A DNA stretch of 63,885 nucleotides, counting the filler, from Octopus bimaculoides (Eukaryota): the NCBI RefSeq assembly GCF_001194135.2. It is 6 parts of 6 records of this genome, joined end to end, with 100 filler letters (N's around TTAATTAATTAA, not from the genome) between each part and the next. Parts side by side here need not be neighbours in the genome. Positions count along the whole stretch, not along the records: positions 60,479 to 62,728 come from NW_026403212.1; positions 62,829 to 63,885 come from NW_026306029.1; 4 more parts are not named here. The stretch is one strand, 5' to 3'. A program made the translations under genes and the position numbers. Shown here in pieces: positions 61,340 through 63,885 of the stretch. Below the pieces are notes generated by a model. It saw only the letters and a program-made list of their open reading frames with translations, was not told the DNA's origin and made no database searches. Every line of letters begins with the position of its first letter. Positions within the stretch are counted from its first letter, which is position 1.

Positions 61340-62043
61340 GTAACTTCTATGCTGAAGTGGAGACAACATGTTCTTTGTCTATCTCCTTAACTTCTTGGAG
61401 ATTTTATGTATAATTATACTAATGTGTCCATGTGTTCTAATTTAGATTAAATTCTATGTCTTTGTGCAACTGAGGATAACTCTGCATTGAAATTGATGTA
61501 ATGATTGCATTGTTCAATTAAATGGAGTTGCATGAAAGGATCGTACTGCATTATCTCTGGATATCCTTGTTGCTTATTTTGATTATATATATATATATNN
61601 NNNNNNNNNNNNNNNNNNNNNNNNNNNNNNNNNNNNNNNNNNNNNNNNNNNNNNNNNNNNNNNNNNNNNNNNNNNNNNNNNNNNNNNNNNNNNNNNNNNN
61701 NNATATATGCACATATATAAAACGGCCACCCCTTCACCGCTCCATATTACACATATGTCTATATATTTAAACACTTTCCTAAAATACATATACACTTCAA
61801 ATTAAATGCTCCGAGGAAGCCACGAGTTGATGCACAAGCATTCGTTTGAGTGAAATGCTTTGGTGAGGCGAAATAGGTGCAGGGCAATGATGTTGGTTAC
61901 GCAATTCCTGTTCCTTCCTCATTAATTTCATGTCATGCTCTGTACTTACCCAACACTTTATTCTGAAACATATATAAAGGTGCTGCAAAGGGTTAGTAGT
62001 ATCGCTACGCCAAAGAGAAATCATACATACATACATACATATG

Positions 62044-62077
<34 letters not shown>

Positions 62078-62132
62078 TGTATGTATGTATGTATGTATGT
62101 ATGTATGTATGTATGCATGTATGTGTATATAT

Positions 62133-62288
62133 ATATATCCACTTTGAGAACTTGAGATCTCAGATATTCTTTCTGAATCTCTCTGTGCTCGCTTCCTGAT
62201 AATAAATCGTTATTAAATTAATATCTAATTTTTTTACCCTAATGTTTTAATTTGATTAACCATAACCAAGTTCTCAAAGTGGATATAT
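62133..62288. mobile_element. Small TA-flanked MITE-like element with 22-nt perfect inverted ends
   Basis: atatatccactttgagaacttg (62133-62154) / caagttctcaaagtggatatat (62267-62288). Confidence 0.7.
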
Positions 62289-62641
62289 GAGACGCGGTAA
62301 CCATTTTTGCAGAGATATTTCCGATTCGGTCACTAGATGTTCTTCTTAATTTTAATTACTGATATGACACAATAAGTCATATGTGTTTGTACATTGTTTT
62401 TATTGTCCTCTTAGTTGAAAAATAAACAGGTAAACTGACACAATACAATGTCTGCAAGTTGATGAGTACCAAATATTCCCCTCCATTTCTTATTGCTATA
62501 TAAATTAAGGGTAAAATTTCCTTTTACCCACACTCACTTGGTAAAAACACTAGTGTAATAGTAATTGGGTATTCTTCCGGCAGTATATTGGATAGATATT
62601 ATCCTTTAGTGGGTTGGATTCACAACCCCTAACTTTTCTGG

Positions 62642-62679
<38 letters not shown>

Positions 62680-62728
62680 CAGCAAAAATTTTATATCTTG
62701 GACACAGAGTTACCCAAGGTTTCGCATC

Positions 62729-62828
62729 NNNNNNNNNNNNNNNNNNNNNNNNNNNNNNNNNNNNNNNNNNNNTTAATTAATTAANNNNNNNNNNNNNNNN
62801 NNNNNNNNNNNNNNNNNNNNNNNNNNNN
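62729..62828. other. Artificial assembly spacer N44-TTAATTAATTAA-N44
   Basis: Same pattern. Confidence 0.95.
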
Positions 62829-63066
62829 ATGTATGTATTTATAATTTTATATCTTTATCCATTTGTGTATACGCCAGACTCTCCCAGTGAAATGTGATAC
62901 ATTAGTTATAACTGTATAAATCATTTGCGCATTGCATGTGTAAAGCAGCGTTGCCTAATTTTGGGATATTTGTACGTTGTTTTATATCCTCAAACCAACC
63001 ATACTTGATGTCGAGAAATTTACTGGTTTTGCTTGATTGAAGCAGCCACTCATTTGAGGCACTACT

Positions 63067-63068
<2 letters not shown>

Positions 63069-63142
<74 letters not shown>

Positions 63143-63291
63143 CATTATTATTATTATTACTCTTCTTCTTCTTCTTATTATTATTGTTGTTGTTGTTGTT
63201 ATCATTATTATTTATTATTATTATTGTTATTATTATTATTATTAATATTATTAATATTAGTATTATAATAATAATAATAATAATAATAATA

Positions 63292-63322
<31 letters not shown>

Positions 63323-63365
63323 GTAGTAGTAGTAGTAATTGTAGTAGTTGTAGTAGTAGTAGTTG
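63069..63365. repeat. (ATT)n/(TAA)n/(TAG)n trinucleotide block
   Basis: Directly visible. Confidence 0.95.
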
Positions 63366-63564
63366 TAATAATTTTGCTGTTGGTGGTGGTGGAGACGCTA
63401 AAAACAGTGTTATGTTGCTGTTGCTGTACTCGGTTTTGTCGTAATGACTGTGAGACGTTGGTGGATGGACGCCATAAAAAAAGAGAAGCTGCTTCATTGT
63501 AAAGATATGTAAGAATTAGAAGTAATAAAAATTGAATTTATGCTACTCTATAATTTCTCTCTCA

Positions 63565-63790
<226 letters not shown>

Positions 63791-63793
63791 CAA

Positions 63794-63885
63794 CAACCGT
63801 TACGTGGAGGACTGGGGATGCCGTGGTTAATGTTCCGCAGGCATGCGCTGAGACTGCGGCATCTCTGGAACTTCATTGACGACGG
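63794..63885 (+). mobile_element. Probable L1/Tx1-clade LINE fragment (post-RT GGLG motif), running off the window
   Basis: QPLRGGLGMPWLMFRRHALRLRHLWNFIDD in a frame not listed in the ORF track. Confidence 0.6.

Overview
AT-rich animal genomic DNA, most likely an octopod cephalopod. That is inferred from the SINE/MITE families and the extreme (TA)n/(CA)n load; no prokaryotic features are present. The main gene is a minus-strand animal type I fatty acid synthase (FASN-like). I traced 12 consecutive GT-AG exons from 24565 down to 4935 (3985 nt, about 1328 codons, all phases compatible, no stops). They cover most of KS, the linker, MAT, DH and the pseudo-methyltransferase region. The N-terminal KS exons and the ER-KR-ACP-TE exons were not found in the window. 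One isolated minus-strand exon of SHOC2/Sur-8 lies at 27393-27497. The window is a mosaic of six pieces joined by five artificial 100-nt spacers (N44-TTAATTAATTAA-N44), so adjacency across the joins is unreliable. The rest is transposon debris (piggyBac element and TTAA-MITEs, Tc1/mariner remnants, a foldback element, R4/Dong, RTE, L1/Tx1 and Penelope-like fragments, several SINE families), minisatellites, microsatellites and N gaps. Most listed ORFs are microsatellite or gap artefacts. I did not find a clearly new biological system. The best leads are the divergent FAS motifs (possible paralog or FAS-like PKS), the orphan SHOC2 exon with a possible misjoin, a hammerhead-like motif, inverted intronic repeats and the foldback element.
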